Below, in pieces: positions 31,738 through 44,213 of a stretch of DNA of 64,000 nucleotides. The notes under the pieces are model-generated. The model did not search any database. It was given only the letters and a program-made list of their open reading frames with translations, and had not been told where the DNA came from. Positions within the stretch are counted from its first letter, which is position 1, and each line of letters starts with the position of its first letter. Both the position numbers and the translations under genes were made by a program. The DNA is from Carpediemonas membranifera BICM (lineage: Eukaryota; Protista; Fornicata): contig JAHDYR010000015.1 in assembly GCA_019828565.1 (NCBI GenBank), forward strand, positions 175,926 to 239,925, in the 5' to 3' direction.

Positions 31738-34700
31738 CTACACTAACGTGCTATATATACACATCCCTTTAGACTCTGCACTCTTCCCTCCACTGCTTTG
31801 GTATGGCTCGTTACTCATGCATCTCTTGATCTGGTTCGTCGCTCTCGTGCTCCATTCCGATGCGTAGGAGCTCTTCTTCCTCGTCGCTTCCGTTGGCGGC
31901 GGCAAGCGCCTCCTCAAGCCTGGCCTCGAGGACTCTGTTTGTTTCACGGAGCCTGAGGCTGGCTCTTTGAAGGCCTCCGATTTCTCGGCGATGCGCTGGA
32001 GGCGCTGGCGCTCGCTCGCTCCTCTTGCTAGGGCTTCCCTTTCCTTGGCCAGCTGGCCTTGGAGGTGGGTAACCTCGTTGTTCAGCCGGGAGACTTCCTC
32101 TTCGTAATGGCTCATGATCCGCTGCCGCTCTTCTTCAGCTCTTCGCTCCACCTCCGCTTGGAAGAGGGCTTGGATGTAGGCACCCATCTGATCGACCGTG
32201 CCCAGTCTTGGGTTTGGGGGCCTCTTCCCTTCGGGGCCGCCCGGCGGGGGCCGGTGCTCGAAAGCCTGGCTCAGAGGCATCGCCGGGGGTTGGCCTCTTT
32301 GTGAGGCGTGAGGATCGCCTGTCCCGGGGCCGGGTGGGGGGGTTCATTCCTCTGGGAGTGGGGTAAGCAGGGCTTACCTGGTGCGCATTAGGGGTGATGA
32401 TTGCCCTTGGGGTGGGGTGGGCGGGGGGTTACCTGGCGCGGGTTGGGGGTGGGGTTTGTTTCCCCTTGGAGCCTGCTGGGGGAGGGGGTGGCGTTCACCT
32501 TCCTTTGAGATGGGTTCGGGGTGGGGACCTGTCGGTTCTCGGTGAGCGGGCCCTCAAGCAGCCCTAGGGCCGGCCACTCCATGCCTTGGTGAATCTCGTT
32601 GGTGAGCCTCTCCCGGTGCTCTTCGAGGCAGGCTCTAAGCGCGGCCCTTGCCGCGGTCACAGCCTCTTTTTGCTCTCGCTGCGACCTGTGCCCGTCGTTG
32701 TTCTGGGTGTACGGGAAGTCCCACAGGCGGATGGGGGGTAGTCTCATCATGGGACTGCATCCCAGGGCCAGGGTGCCGTCGTATTGGGGTTCGCCCAAGG
32801 CGCTCGGGCGGCGTCTTCCAGGCTCCCCTCCTTGTTCTACTGTGCGGATGCCCCAGTCTAGGGGAAGAACCGAGGGGAAGAAGTTGACATAATGCCTGGG
32901 CCCTCTATCTTGGCGCCGGAGTTCCGCGCTTACGATGAGTTTCGGGACGCCCGCTGGTGCTCTATCGCCGATGTTCACCAGGCAGTGGGTGAGCCGGTGT
33001 CTCAGCTGCTGGGCTGAGCCCCCATGCATCATGTCATGCTTATGGAGCGGGACCAGCGAGGCTGCCTGGGATAGGGTCAGGAGCTCGGGGTGGAGTTTGA
33101 CCGGGAGTTGCTCCATGACCCTGGGGGTCCAGGGTGGTACGGTTGCCATAGAAGTCTGGCCAGTAGCCCTTCTCCCTTGCTACGCGGCGCCTACCGTTCC
33201 ACTCGGATAGGAGCTCCACGACCAGGGGTCTCGTGCTTGGGCAGGAGTCCGGGCTGAGAACGGCTACGCCCCTCCTTTCAAGGACCCTTAGGATTCCTTT
33301 TCCTGTGCTGAACTCTTGCGCGGTCGTGTTGGCCATGTGGATTTCCTTCGGACGCGGCTTGGTGGTAAAGATCACGTGCTGTAGTTGCCCCAGGGGTGTG
33401 ATGACCTCTCGCCCTCTATGGCGGTTGATATCTACAGCCAGGTCTGGGACCCCGTGTCCTACTCTAATGATGGGGCTTTGTGCCCCCGTCACTTTCCCTC
33501 CTCGTGCGATTAGTTCCGCTCCCACATCAGCCCAGGTCCACGGGTTATACAGCATGTGGATGGCCAGGGATAGTCTTGTGTAGAAGAGCGATACATCCGC
33601 AAGCGCACAGTGACAGTAGGCTGGTGCGTTTCTGTGATAGGGGCACAGCCCCTTGGGTTCCCTTCTCCTTTGCTGGTCGCGGGTCCAGACCTTGGCCTGC
33701 TCGGCTGCCTTCTGGACCTCCTGTGGGAGGGTCTCTCGGACCGGGCGGTCCTCCTGGGAGGGGGGGTAGAAGAGGGTGAGGGTGCTATTGAGACGGGGGT
33801 ACACCGCATCTAGGCCGGCTTCATCGATTAGGTGGGTGGCTACCCATGCCCTGGCCGTGGAATCCGGTACGTATTTGGCGCTCGTGAGGACACTTCGTTC
33901 AGCTTCCACCCCTTTGGCAGTCAGGTGGATGAACGCGTTATGGTGTCCTTCGAGACGCCGGAGGGCATCGATCATTTCCGCGCACCATGTGGTGCTGTTT
34001 GGGAATGTGCTTTCGAATCCCTGGGGGCCTGCCCAGTGGTGATGTCGACGAAGGTGGCTGGGGGCAACCGTGGAGAATTCTTGAGCTCATCAGAGCCTGG
34101 TCGAGGTCGGCCACCCGAATATCTTCGCCTAACATCCCGTGCAGACTGGCGACGATATTCCCGTTGGCGGGGTCAAAGACTATGACCGCCCCTTCGCATA
34201 TGACGGCCTCATCCCCCGCCTTGGATGCGGGTTTGGACGCTTCGAAGTCAATGCACCCGATCAGCATCCTCTTGCCCTGCGGGTTGGTGAGCGGGCAGGA
34301 CGGGGGGAGTCTGCTGTTGGCTGACAGTTCTCTACCCCTTGGCGGGTTGACGTCACTATCACTGCCAGGGACTCTTCTGGCCGAGTCGTCGGCGTTGGGC
34401 CGGGGGCCATCTTGGGTACCCCCGGTCTCCGAGCCCGCACTTTCGCCGCTGGGCATGGTGGCGGGGTTCCCCCCGCTAGTTGGGTTCCAACCTGCTTCGC
34501 CCCCAATGAACGAGGGGGCGACTGGATCGCCCATGTTGGGTTGGCCAGTGGTCGGGTCGCCGCCGTTGTGCGGGGCAACGCCCAGGTTGCCCCTGGTGGG
34601 TGGGTCCGTCCTTGGGCCGCCGTTGGGCGGGCTATCACCTGCACTTGCTCTGCCATTATTCGGTGGGGGGTGACCGGGTTGCCCTCGTGGGGTGGGTTGT

Positions 34701-36150
34701 CGGTTTGCTCGTTGCCCTTGGGCGGGCCGTCCCCTGTGGATTCGGTGGCGAGCAGCTTGGTACCCTGGTCCGCCATCCAGATGTTTGCGATCCTGCTAAC
34801 GAGGGTGGAAGCGTCGCAGAGGTCCGGGTGGATGAACTCAGGGGCCGGCATTGGCCGGGTAGTAGTATCCCATGCGGCCCACAGCTCTTTGAAGCCCGGA
34901 ACCGTCCAGCGAAGCACTAAGTCTTCGGCCTCACTGCGCGCTAGCTCGTCGCCGGCAATGTTGAGGGCTGAATCCGTGGGTGTCCTGCTAACCAACACAG
35001 GTCTGGTCACCCCATCGGTCCTGCTGTAGACAGCTATCGCGGAGAACATGCCACCTTCCCAGGGCTTGACGGCCTGTCCGTCAAGGGGGGGGGAAGCCTC
35101 CTGCTGGGGGTCTGGGGCTAAGGGGGACGGGGGCATCCTCCCAGGCCCGACCTAGGGCCGCCCACTTGTTGTTGACGTTGTTGTGGGCTCTGTCCGCACC
35201 TGGCGCTTTCGCTGAGCCGGCTGTGGCTTGGCCGCCTGCCTTGAGGAGCCAGGCGGCGCTCTGCTGGCCGAACCTTGTCCTGATCCCAGGCCCTGTGAGG
35301 CTTTGGTGACCTGCGGCCTTGAGAGTGCTGGCAACTAGCTCGAACAGCAAGGATCTAGCCGGTGGCGGGCTTGATACCTTGAAGTTGGCGGCGTTATCCC
35401 TCGAGAAGATCACTGTGGTGTTGTTGCACTTGGCGAGGATGGAATCGGCTGCTCTTCGGACTTTTTGCCACTCTTCGGTCGTAGCTAAGCGTTTTCCAAG
35501 CTTGGTGAGCTCTGTTCCAGCTTCGTCTACATCATTCCCCCCGGCCCATGGCTTGTTGGGGGAACTTTGTGTTTGTGGCCGAAATTGGTCTCGAAAAGTC
35601 GGAGGGGGAAAGTCGGCATGAATCCCCCGGGGGAGCCCTCCCTGCCCGCCTCGCCTGTAGGCGCCGTTGCCGGCGCTCGTAGGCTGGGAAACCCGGGGTC
35701 AGGGAGTAATCGGCCTTGGAGGTGAACATCACGAAGGCCGGCCCGCATCGGGGCAGTGGCCGGCGCTGTTGGTCCTCGCGGTGGATTTTCCAGGCCGCCT
35801 GGCTTACCCACCATGGCCTTCCGGTTATCAGGGCGTAGTGGTATAGCAGGATGTCATTTTCTAGCATTTGGGTAGCCGTTATTTCCCTTTCTCGGCTGGG
35901 ATTCTGCCACCACTGTAGCTGGTGATCCACTCCTGGGGGGAAGGGATCCTTTATCTTGCTATACCCTTTTTAGGTCGCCGTACATCCGGATCAAGTCGGC
36001 GATTTTCTCGGTTCTCGTGCGCTCCTTGCGTAGAGGAGGCCCTATGGGATGCTCGGGGAGGAGATCTTCTGCTCGGGCAACGTACCCGCCCTGTGGGTTC
36101 CTGGGAAACGCGTCCATTGCCGGCCGGTGGCTCGGATGAGGAGTGTGCAT
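31738..36150 (-). pseudogene. LINE family 1 ORF1 region, probably one large polyprotein broken by frameshifts: unknown domain, DEDDh/Maelstrom-like nuclease (about 33580-34270), possible macro-like motif, C-terminal coiled coil
   Basis: Successive minus-strand ORF pieces align with family 2 pieces: CIDFE..VICEGA..LHG..ILHGCP..KGVEAE..CPYH..CHCALAD. Confidence 0.7.
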
Positions 36151-36278
36151 TTTAGTGCTCCATCACCTGATCACACCATAGCCTTGTGGCGTTGCACGTT
36201 GGCCTTTCCGAGCAGGGGCGGGGAGGTGTGGCCTATTGCCTGAGATGCGGGGTCGGTTGCGAACCTTGTAGCCATAAT

Positions 36279-37059
36279 ATGAGTTCACCACATTTGGTTC
36301 CTGTTACACCCATTAGCCCGCCTGGCGACTACCACCAAGGCCCAGGCATTGCCGCAGCTAAGGTTCAGCCTTCTAAGGTACCTGATTCCCCTCTTGGCCC
36401 TCATGCCGGTCACCTCCAAGGCCCAGGCATTGCCGCGGCGGAGCCCCAGACCCCTAGAGAGGGCTGGGGGTCGGATTCTTCCACCACATCGTCCTCTGTG
36501 GAGGATCTGCCCCCCGGGTCATTGGCATTGCCTTCCTCCCGCAGCGCCCGCGCCTCTGCTCCCAACCTGGTGGGATGGGGCCTCAGGAGTCCTCAACGCC
36601 GACTCTTCCGCTCCTTCCAGGGGGAAAGCCGTCCCCCGCCGCCTCCAGCTGGCCCGGTCCCCTGCTTCCCCCGGTCCTCACAACGGCGAGGGCGCTGCCC
36701 CGTTTGTCACGCCATTGGCTTCCTCCCCAGCTGGGGCTCGCACCGTTCGTCAGCCTGTGGCTCCACTTGCGTCAGCCCTCGACGCTCTCAGCACTTTGTA
36801 TCGCATCGCCATGGACTGGCACTCGTGTGCCTATGCCTTCGTGGACATGCTTCATGAGGGGACCGACGAGGATCAGCCTGTCGAGAACCTACAGGCCATT
36901 TTGGCATTCCAGCGCACTTCTCAGTCCCAGATGGTTATGTATCGCAGCAGCAGGGGCGCTCTTGAGCGGGCCCTTAGGCAGTATGTCCCTTCGGTTTCCC
37001 ATTTCCTTGCCGACGGAAGCCCCTCAGTGGAGTTCCTGGGCGCCGGGACTCCTCAGTAA
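36279..37059 (+). CDS. Antisense ORF inside the LINE 5' region (frameshift at G5 36620; intact in the copy at 54160-54939)
   Basis: Helical C-terminal domain conserved with 48190-48920. Confidence 0.7.
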
Positions 37060-37863
37060 ACACCCAGGGTTGAATGGGGGGTTGAGACCATGTTGCTGCT
37101 GTTCCTTGCGGTATCTGCCTACCACTCGGGTTGCTGGGCCCCGGCATTCTCCCCTTCTCCCAGCGGGGAGCGCGGCCACAGGGCGCCATTTGGGTTTCCC
37201 TCCAGTTGCGCGTCATTCCTACTAAATTCATGAGTTCATACCTTGGTTTCGGCTTGGTTGCAGTGGTGAGGGCCCTTGGCATGTTGCTGGGGGCTCCTCT
37301 GGACGTTCTTTGCCCTGTGGGTTGAGGAACGTCCGGGCGGTAAGCTTCCCTTGGTCTTTTGGATGGTAATATCCCATCAGACCGCTCACCGGGGGCTCCA
37401 TGCCCATACGGGTTTCGTTGCCCCAGAGGGTGCACTTTAGGGAGCACAGAGAACCAACCCAAGCACAGCGCCCGTCCGCTAGCGGGTTATACAAGGCAGG
37501 CAGGGTGGTTTCAGGGGCGACGGCTCGTGCCTCCGGCGCTCGCATCTTCCAGTTTTCTGCCACCGGCCCGTTTCGCTTCCGTTTGACTTGGTCTCCGGCG
37601 ATCTCATCGAGGAGGCTAGAGAGAGGCCTCGTCCGCCCTATGGGTAGAAGTGGTAAAGAGTTATGCTGTTCCTGCTGGTATTCCCCGAGCAGGAGAACTC
37701 CCGATGCTGAATTGACCAAAATGTGGCATTCCGCGCTATAGGTCACCGCCGCTCTGTTTTGAGCTCTATAAACCTCGAAAGAATCGCCAATGGCTATCAT
37801 TCCTCGGCGCTTGGCTTTGTTCCGGTTGGTGATTCCAACTTTCCATACCGGACATTTTAACTG

Positions 37864-38173
37864 GTACGAAGACAGGGTGAGGAGGGTGTTGATTTCCGTG
37901 TGCGGTTGCGGCACGTTGGAAGGGACGGGAGTCTGCTGGAGGGCGGAAGAACCTTGCGTCGTGAATGCGCTGGGAGATCAGGTCCGCCTCCTCCATCTCG
38001 CGGACGAGCTGGCAGAATTGCTCGCGCTGAGGTCTTGTTCTGGCGGAGTTGAGGCCAATTCCGACCATGGCGAAGTAGGTACAGCCAAGAAGGTAATTCA
38101 TGCGCTCAACTGAGCGTGGCTGGTCATCATATATTGTACCGATGTGGCTCTCGAACACAATATGAGCAACCAT
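37864..38173 (-). pseudogene. N-terminus of the RAG1/Transib-like transposase, separated by the LINE insertion
   Basis: MVAHIVFESH...HPPHPVFV joins in frame across the TSD to RDDYRTHAIQERAVQDYND. Confidence 0.75.
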
Positions 38174-40224
38174 GATTTCTGTAGAGTTTAAAAAAACAAG
38201 ATTTTTGTACAAAAACTAGGCAGGTACATGCGCAACGGTCTGTGAGATAAATCAGACAATTTGGCTGTTGCTATAGCTCTATAAGAGCAGCTACAACTGC
38301 GCTGCCGGGGTTCCTTCTTCTTCTCTGGCCGTTTCAACACTATTTCACAATTTCACCAGTTTCACACAATTGGTGAAACAATGTTCAGAACTCCTTCAGT
38401 TTATGGACGTTGGCTCCGAAACTAAAGCAGTGTGTGTATGAGAGTGCCTGATTAAGATTCATCTGATTTTCATCTGCATTACTTGCGAATTTGCTGTTGT
38501 GCTCCTTGTGCACAAAAAAAGCAAATCTGGATTTGATCTCGAATATTGCCATGATGAAGGCGACACAAAATGCTCATTTGCCAACCAGTGCAGCTAGAAG
38601 AAAATGGTAAAAAGTTATGGATACTGCATGGGATGAGGCCCCCGTTGATGTGTTAAACGGCCATGATCGACCGCTCAACGTCAGCGCCTCTTTGGGGGCA
38701 CCTTCTGCGGCGGTGGATCATGCCAATTGCCGATCTCAGCTCTATGGAGCTAAGTGCACTTGAGCTCTGAGCCAATTCTTCTGATTCCATCTTATCGCCG
38801 ATAAAAAATTGCAAATTTTGAGATACAGAAGATTGAATCTGTCCCCCAGAAAACCGAACATACTCCGATGATGTATACTGACTATATACCACCGTAGTAT
38901 GGCCTGCTTTCTGGGGGACAGCTTCATTCTTTTGATTGGTTGATTCAGTCATTAGTTCCCGGCGACTGAGAAGGAGTTGACGCATAAAAACAACAGAGGA
39001 TACTCTTTAGAACACACAGACTTTGCTGACAAGGCCACTTGGTCGTACGACCACTTTTGCCTTCGACCTTAAAATGCGAGAGGCAATTTGCTCGACCACC
39101 AATCTCGCACATGTTACATCAAGCATGGATATGTCATTAATGCACTCGCATCTATCATTTCTGCTGCTTCTTAGGACTTCGAACGCCCTGAAGCACGAAA
39201 GAAAGAAATAAAGAAAGAAATTTAACGTATCCTGTACACCTGTGTAAATCAGGGAATTACCAGTTTGCACCACCCCATGTCCCCGGGAACGCCTTAGCGT
39301 GTTGACTTCCCTTCGTGAGCGAGCCTGATACTACGTTGGGGGCGTTAGCACCATCACCGTCAGGGTCCAGCTGGTAAGGCTGGGTAGTCCCTTGCATGTT
39401 GACCTATCAACTGGCTGGCCCGATACCCCCAAAGTCGGGATAACCCAGGTCTTACTCTTGGGGGTCCTTCGGGCCCCCGTTCTGCCTGGCACCCGCAAGG
39501 CCTTGCCCTGCACACCCGCCACCGGGGCCTTCTGCTCGGTTTCCCCCTACAGGGCTCCTCTCAGGGATATGTTCTCCATACCATTCGACCCAGTTTGCAA
39601 TTTTTCAGGCACCCGCCGAAGCGGTTTCGGGCTTGGCGTTTGCCGTACCACGCAATTGGGCCAGTTATGAAACCCACCGATCATCGCTGGGTAGCTATAT
39701 GATTCACGGCTGCGTTCGGGCTCTTCCACACTTTCCGTTCCGGCATGGATCCCCTCCTCAAGGATTTGTTCCCTATAGGGCTTCTTCCTAGCTTCCGGCT
39801 GGTTCCAAGTTTTGGGTGCCGGGCCGTTCGGCGCAGCTCTGATTTGGTCCAGGTGCCGCCCAGGTGGTATTGTTGCCTTATGGTTACCCTCCTGTTTGGC
39901 TGCTGCGCCCCGATACCTCGCACGTACGTGTATACATGTGCATACGTGCCCCGCCCTATGGCTCTGGGTTATTTCTTATACGTGTGAAGAGTGTGCCGGT
40001 TCTGCCGGCTGAATGTTGTCTACGTTCCCAGTATGGGTGAGCGTTTGTGTGTTAGCGAGATTAGTGTTCGGGGTTGAGTCCCCCTTCCGCGGCTGGGTGC
40101 TACCGGGATACGTGGGGCTTGCGTCCCCCGCTGATCCCAGGAGCGCTCCGCTTCGGTTGAGGCGGGGGGTTGGGTCCCAGTTTGACCCTGGTCCCAGAGG
40201 TCATAGGATTCTGGGATGGTGTAC

Positions 40225-43200
40225 TTACCCATCTTTTCGGAGGTTCAGAAGGGCACGTCTGCCGTTCTGCAGTCCCTCTCTGACGGTATGGTCCTCGCTG
40301 CGGAGGAGCCAGAGCATTTCCAGGATTGCCCTTGAGTTGTACCACTCCGCCTCCTGCCCTTGCCTTAGGGCGTGGTACTGTGTGCGTAGATGCGCCTCCG
40401 CCAGGATGTCATTCCATCCTTCTGGGCGTTCTACCGCCTTGCATTGGCAGATGATGTGGCTTTGTGTTCCCAGGGGCTGGTTGTATGCCCATTCTGAGAG
40501 GATTTTGGTGGTTTCCGCCGCGGTTCTGGTGACAGTGTACAGGCGAGTAATGGTGTCACCTTCTGAGTCCAGGGTACATAGGGGGCAACACCGCTTGATC
40601 CTGCTCAGGAGGGCCTGGGGCTGGCCGATCGCGCTCCCAAGTATGGCTCTGCTTCTGCCACTGTTGCTGGGGGAGGGGAGTGTGTTGGATGCAGTCATGA
40701 TTACTCTCTTGACTTCCCGTCTGGTTATCATCTCACCCTTGATCATTCCTGGTTTCTTGGGTCTCTTCCCTTGCTGCATGCTGAGGATGACTTCCGGGGC
40801 TAGTACTGTTGCCACCCCTTTGGCCGTTCGGCTCCCGGTGTGCAGTAGTTCTTCTGCTGTGAGGGTCCAGCCTCCCCTCTTTGCTCTTTCCCTGGCGGGC
40901 ATCTCCTCCTGTGTGCCCTGGAGGACGCTCCGTCGCCATTGGTAGAGGCGATGTAAGACCGATCCTCTCTCCGCTGTCGCCCAGTCCAGATTCCCTAGGG
41001 GGGTCGGACGGTCCGGGTCGTGCGCAGACTCATAGAGCCTCACCGCTCTCTGCCCCATATCTGCCTCCCAGCACATCCATCCCATTAGTACACGGGCGGC
41101 TCCTCCTCCCCCTGGTCCTGTGCCTGCCATTAGGCCGCGCCAGTTGTTCCAGATGGCTCTTCCCCTGGCGCTTGGCCCCAGATCTCGATCCCGAACTCGA
41201 TCTTGGGCCAGAGGAAGGTTCTGAGGATGGATTCCGAGGTGGCGGCCGGGGTGGATCCTTTGGTCCACCCTGCTCTCCTTGCCAGGGCTAGGTATTTCCG
41301 GGATTGTGACGTCTTCATTTTGATGCATGCTGCCAACGGATTCTTCCCGCTGGCTAGCCAGAGTCCCAGATACCTTGCTGAGTCTGACGCCAGTGTGGGA
41401 GTTCCTTGGATGCTGACCGCTGCAGTTACGTCGGTACTTATCACCACACTTTTGCCTGGGCTGGTCTGGAGTCCATGGGCTTCAATTACCCTGACCACTG
41501 CGTCTGTGCCTTCTTCGGCGAGCTGCGGGGTCTCGGCTGAGATGCTTGTATCATCTACAAACATTGCAATGAGGCAGTTTTTGGGCCTATCGTCCGTTGG
41601 AGGGAGGCAGGGGTCCGGGATCTCTCTATGCCGGAGGTACAGTGCCGCCTGGCTTAGCCAGTTAGCTGTGAAGAGAATGAACAGAGTGGGGGCCACCACA
41701 CATCCTTGCTTGACCCCCATGTTTGTTCTGGACCATGTGCTTGCCCCTCGTACCGAGATGTACGTTTCTGTAAGTGTATTTCGGATGGCCCTCGTCAGTC
41801 TTGGGTGTACCCCCATGAGCGTCAACTTGTTCACCAGCAGGTCCCTTGGGACCGTATCATATGCTTTTGCTATGTCAAGTAGGACGCTGGTACGGTTTCC
41901 GGACTGGTGGAGTTGGGCTAGGAGGGCTATGTGATCCACTACAGTTTTCCCTTTCATGAACCCAACTTGCTCTCTGGGGATGAACTTCTCCACCGTCGGC
42001 CTGAGGCGCCATTTCAGTATCCTCCCGTAGGCTCTGTATAGGAGGGGGGTGAGGGAGATCGGTCTGTACGAGCTGGGCGTGAGCTTGTCCTTCCCAACCT
42101 TGTGGATAGGCGACACCGCTGCATACTTCCATGTGGTTGGCATGGTCCCGCTGTCGTATACTTTCGCGAGCAGGACTGTGATTGCCTCGTACGCTGACTC
42201 GGGGAGGTCCCTCAGACAATCTCCAATAATCCCGTCCGGGCCTCCGGCCGAGGACTTCCTTATGGACTTGACCGCCGCTGTCACTTCTTCAAGCGATGGC
42301 GGATGGTCCTCCATGTCCGTTTCCGGCTCGGTTTCCCAGGTGGGTTCCCAGGTGGGTTCCTTCCCGGAGCTTACCTTCGCGTACTGCTCCTGGAGGGAGT
42401 CTGCAATCTCCCTCTGCCTTGCTAGAATCTTGTTTCCAGCCTTCAGCATCACCGGGGAGACCGGCGTGCTGCTTCTCGTTCCAGAAGCGGAACACTTGGT
42501 TTGCGAGGATCCTTTTTGTCGTTTTGTACCCATCACGGGATCCAACCTCAACCTGCTCATTCCAGTCATGTTGGAAGGTCCTCCATGATCTGCTCAGTGC
42601 TCCGTTGAGGGACTTTTTGATATCTTTGGCGGCGGTTTTGCTCCAGGTGGAGGCTTTGGCCAGCCGTTCCCATACCTCACTAGGGATACGTTCCTGGTTT
42701 TCTACAGCGAATGGGTGCCTTCTGGAGGTAGCAAACCCGGTGGACAACCATTTCCTTATGAGAGTCTCCATCTCGTCCACTGGTATTTTTGCTGTCTAGT
42801 GGTGGCCACTCTTCTAGCTTGGGCCCTGTTCTCCTGGGTTTGACCAGCCACGTATCGATCCGTGGGATTTCCAGTCTCTTTGATATCTCTGGTTTCCCTG
42901 TCGGGTTGCTATCCCAGGTGAGCTCTATGGCTTTGTGTGCCGACCCCCAGTGCCCGATTGTGGTCTTGTCTATTACCCTAACAACCGGGTTTTGGATACC
43001 CCCTGTTACCGCTGCATAGTCTATTGTGGACGTTCGGGGAGTTAGTCCCGTACGTCGGTGCAGTTGGTGCTATTGGGGTGAGGTTCCATCGCTGGAGGGT
43101 CATCGCAGTTGCTTGCCTGAGTTTCCCTGGCCTCCTGTTCCAGTCCCCGATGATGATGATGTCACACCCCTCATAGTTCGCGACGGTTTGCTCTAGCATC

Positions 43201-43598
43201 CGGTCGAACTCCTCAATCTCGGGTCGTGCACATCCACTATCGGGAGCGTAGATATTGATGACTGCCGTGGCCCTCGATGCTTTGAGGATGCTTACTTGGA
43301 TTCGTGGGTTCGTCCCGTCGGACACGCCTACGTCCCATTCCGCTTTGGAGTGCGGGCTAATCAGTGTGGCCAGTCCCTTTGTGGGTCGCTTGCGCGTTGC
43401 CTCTAATGGCTTGACCTCTCCTGCACAGGCGTACTGGAGATCTACCCAGCAAGGGATGGTGGTATTACCGTACCGCTTGGTTTCCTGGAGGAGGATCGCA
43501 TCAGTCCTTATCCTCTTGCGGATGGATAAAGCTATGGATCCGCTGTAATCGTTTGCGCCCGCTAGGTGCCCTTCGCTGTTTAGCGATATTATTCTCAT
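40225..43598 (-). pseudogene. LINE family 2 ORF2 (APE-RT-CCHC), frameshifted
   Basis: LLQET, INIYAP, IGDWN; YRPISLT, QVGF, LDIAKAYDTV, GVKQG, AMFVDD, RYLG; CPLC...SHIICQC. Confidence 0.9.
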
Positions 43599-44213
43599 TC
43601 AGGTTGTTCTGACATAAACTGCGGGAGTTACCCTGCGCGCACTAAGTAGACATTCCCTTTTTGGGCGTACCTTTTGGTGGGTTGCTGAGGCCTCTAACCG
43701 AGCAGTCGTTTCCTTTTGGGCAGGCTTGTGCCTGTATTCCCTTAGTTCCCGGCCTAGGGCATACCATTCCCTTTCACAGTCGGGGCCTCACGATGCTTGT
43801 CGGCATTGCTGCCGGTCTCCGCTTAGCTTCCTTCCTCGCCGCATGGCAGGACCATTACCTAACGAGCTTAGGTGGGAGCGACAGTGGTTGTTGCCCCTCC
43901 CAAGGCTGGAGTTACAGCCTGCCGGACAGGCAGGGCTCTTTTTACCTTTTGGTAACCCTGCCCCCGGCCCCTGTGGGGCACAGGGGGTTTGTTGAAAAAG
44001 AATGTGTTGCATTTTTGCTCCCGCCGGAATGGTTCGCCGGTGTCCATTTGGACTTTAAGGCCCTACTAGTCACAGCCTGGCCATACTTGCTGGTTCATAT
44101 ATACACTTTTAGCTCAGACTTATATCACACTACCCTCTCCACCTCTTACTTATGATTGTTTCTACTCACCTTCCTTCTCCTCGCCTCTCTTCCTTCTCAG
44201 GTCAGACCTGAAG

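Larger units (their letters stand above)
21680..37863 (-). mobile_element. Full-length APE-type non-LTR retrotransposon, family 1 (about 11.3 kb without the nested Gypsy)
   Basis: TSD of about 20 bp GTACGAAGACAGGGTGAGGA (21660-21679 and 37864-37883); 3' (TTTC)n tail; 5' end CAGTTAAAATGTCCGGTATGG. Confidence 0.93.

Noticed and set aside
38220-39185. Additional cargo ORFs (38653-38985, 39007-39273)
   Set aside because: Short, no recognisable motifs, no homolog in the window, and one runs into the LINE tail.
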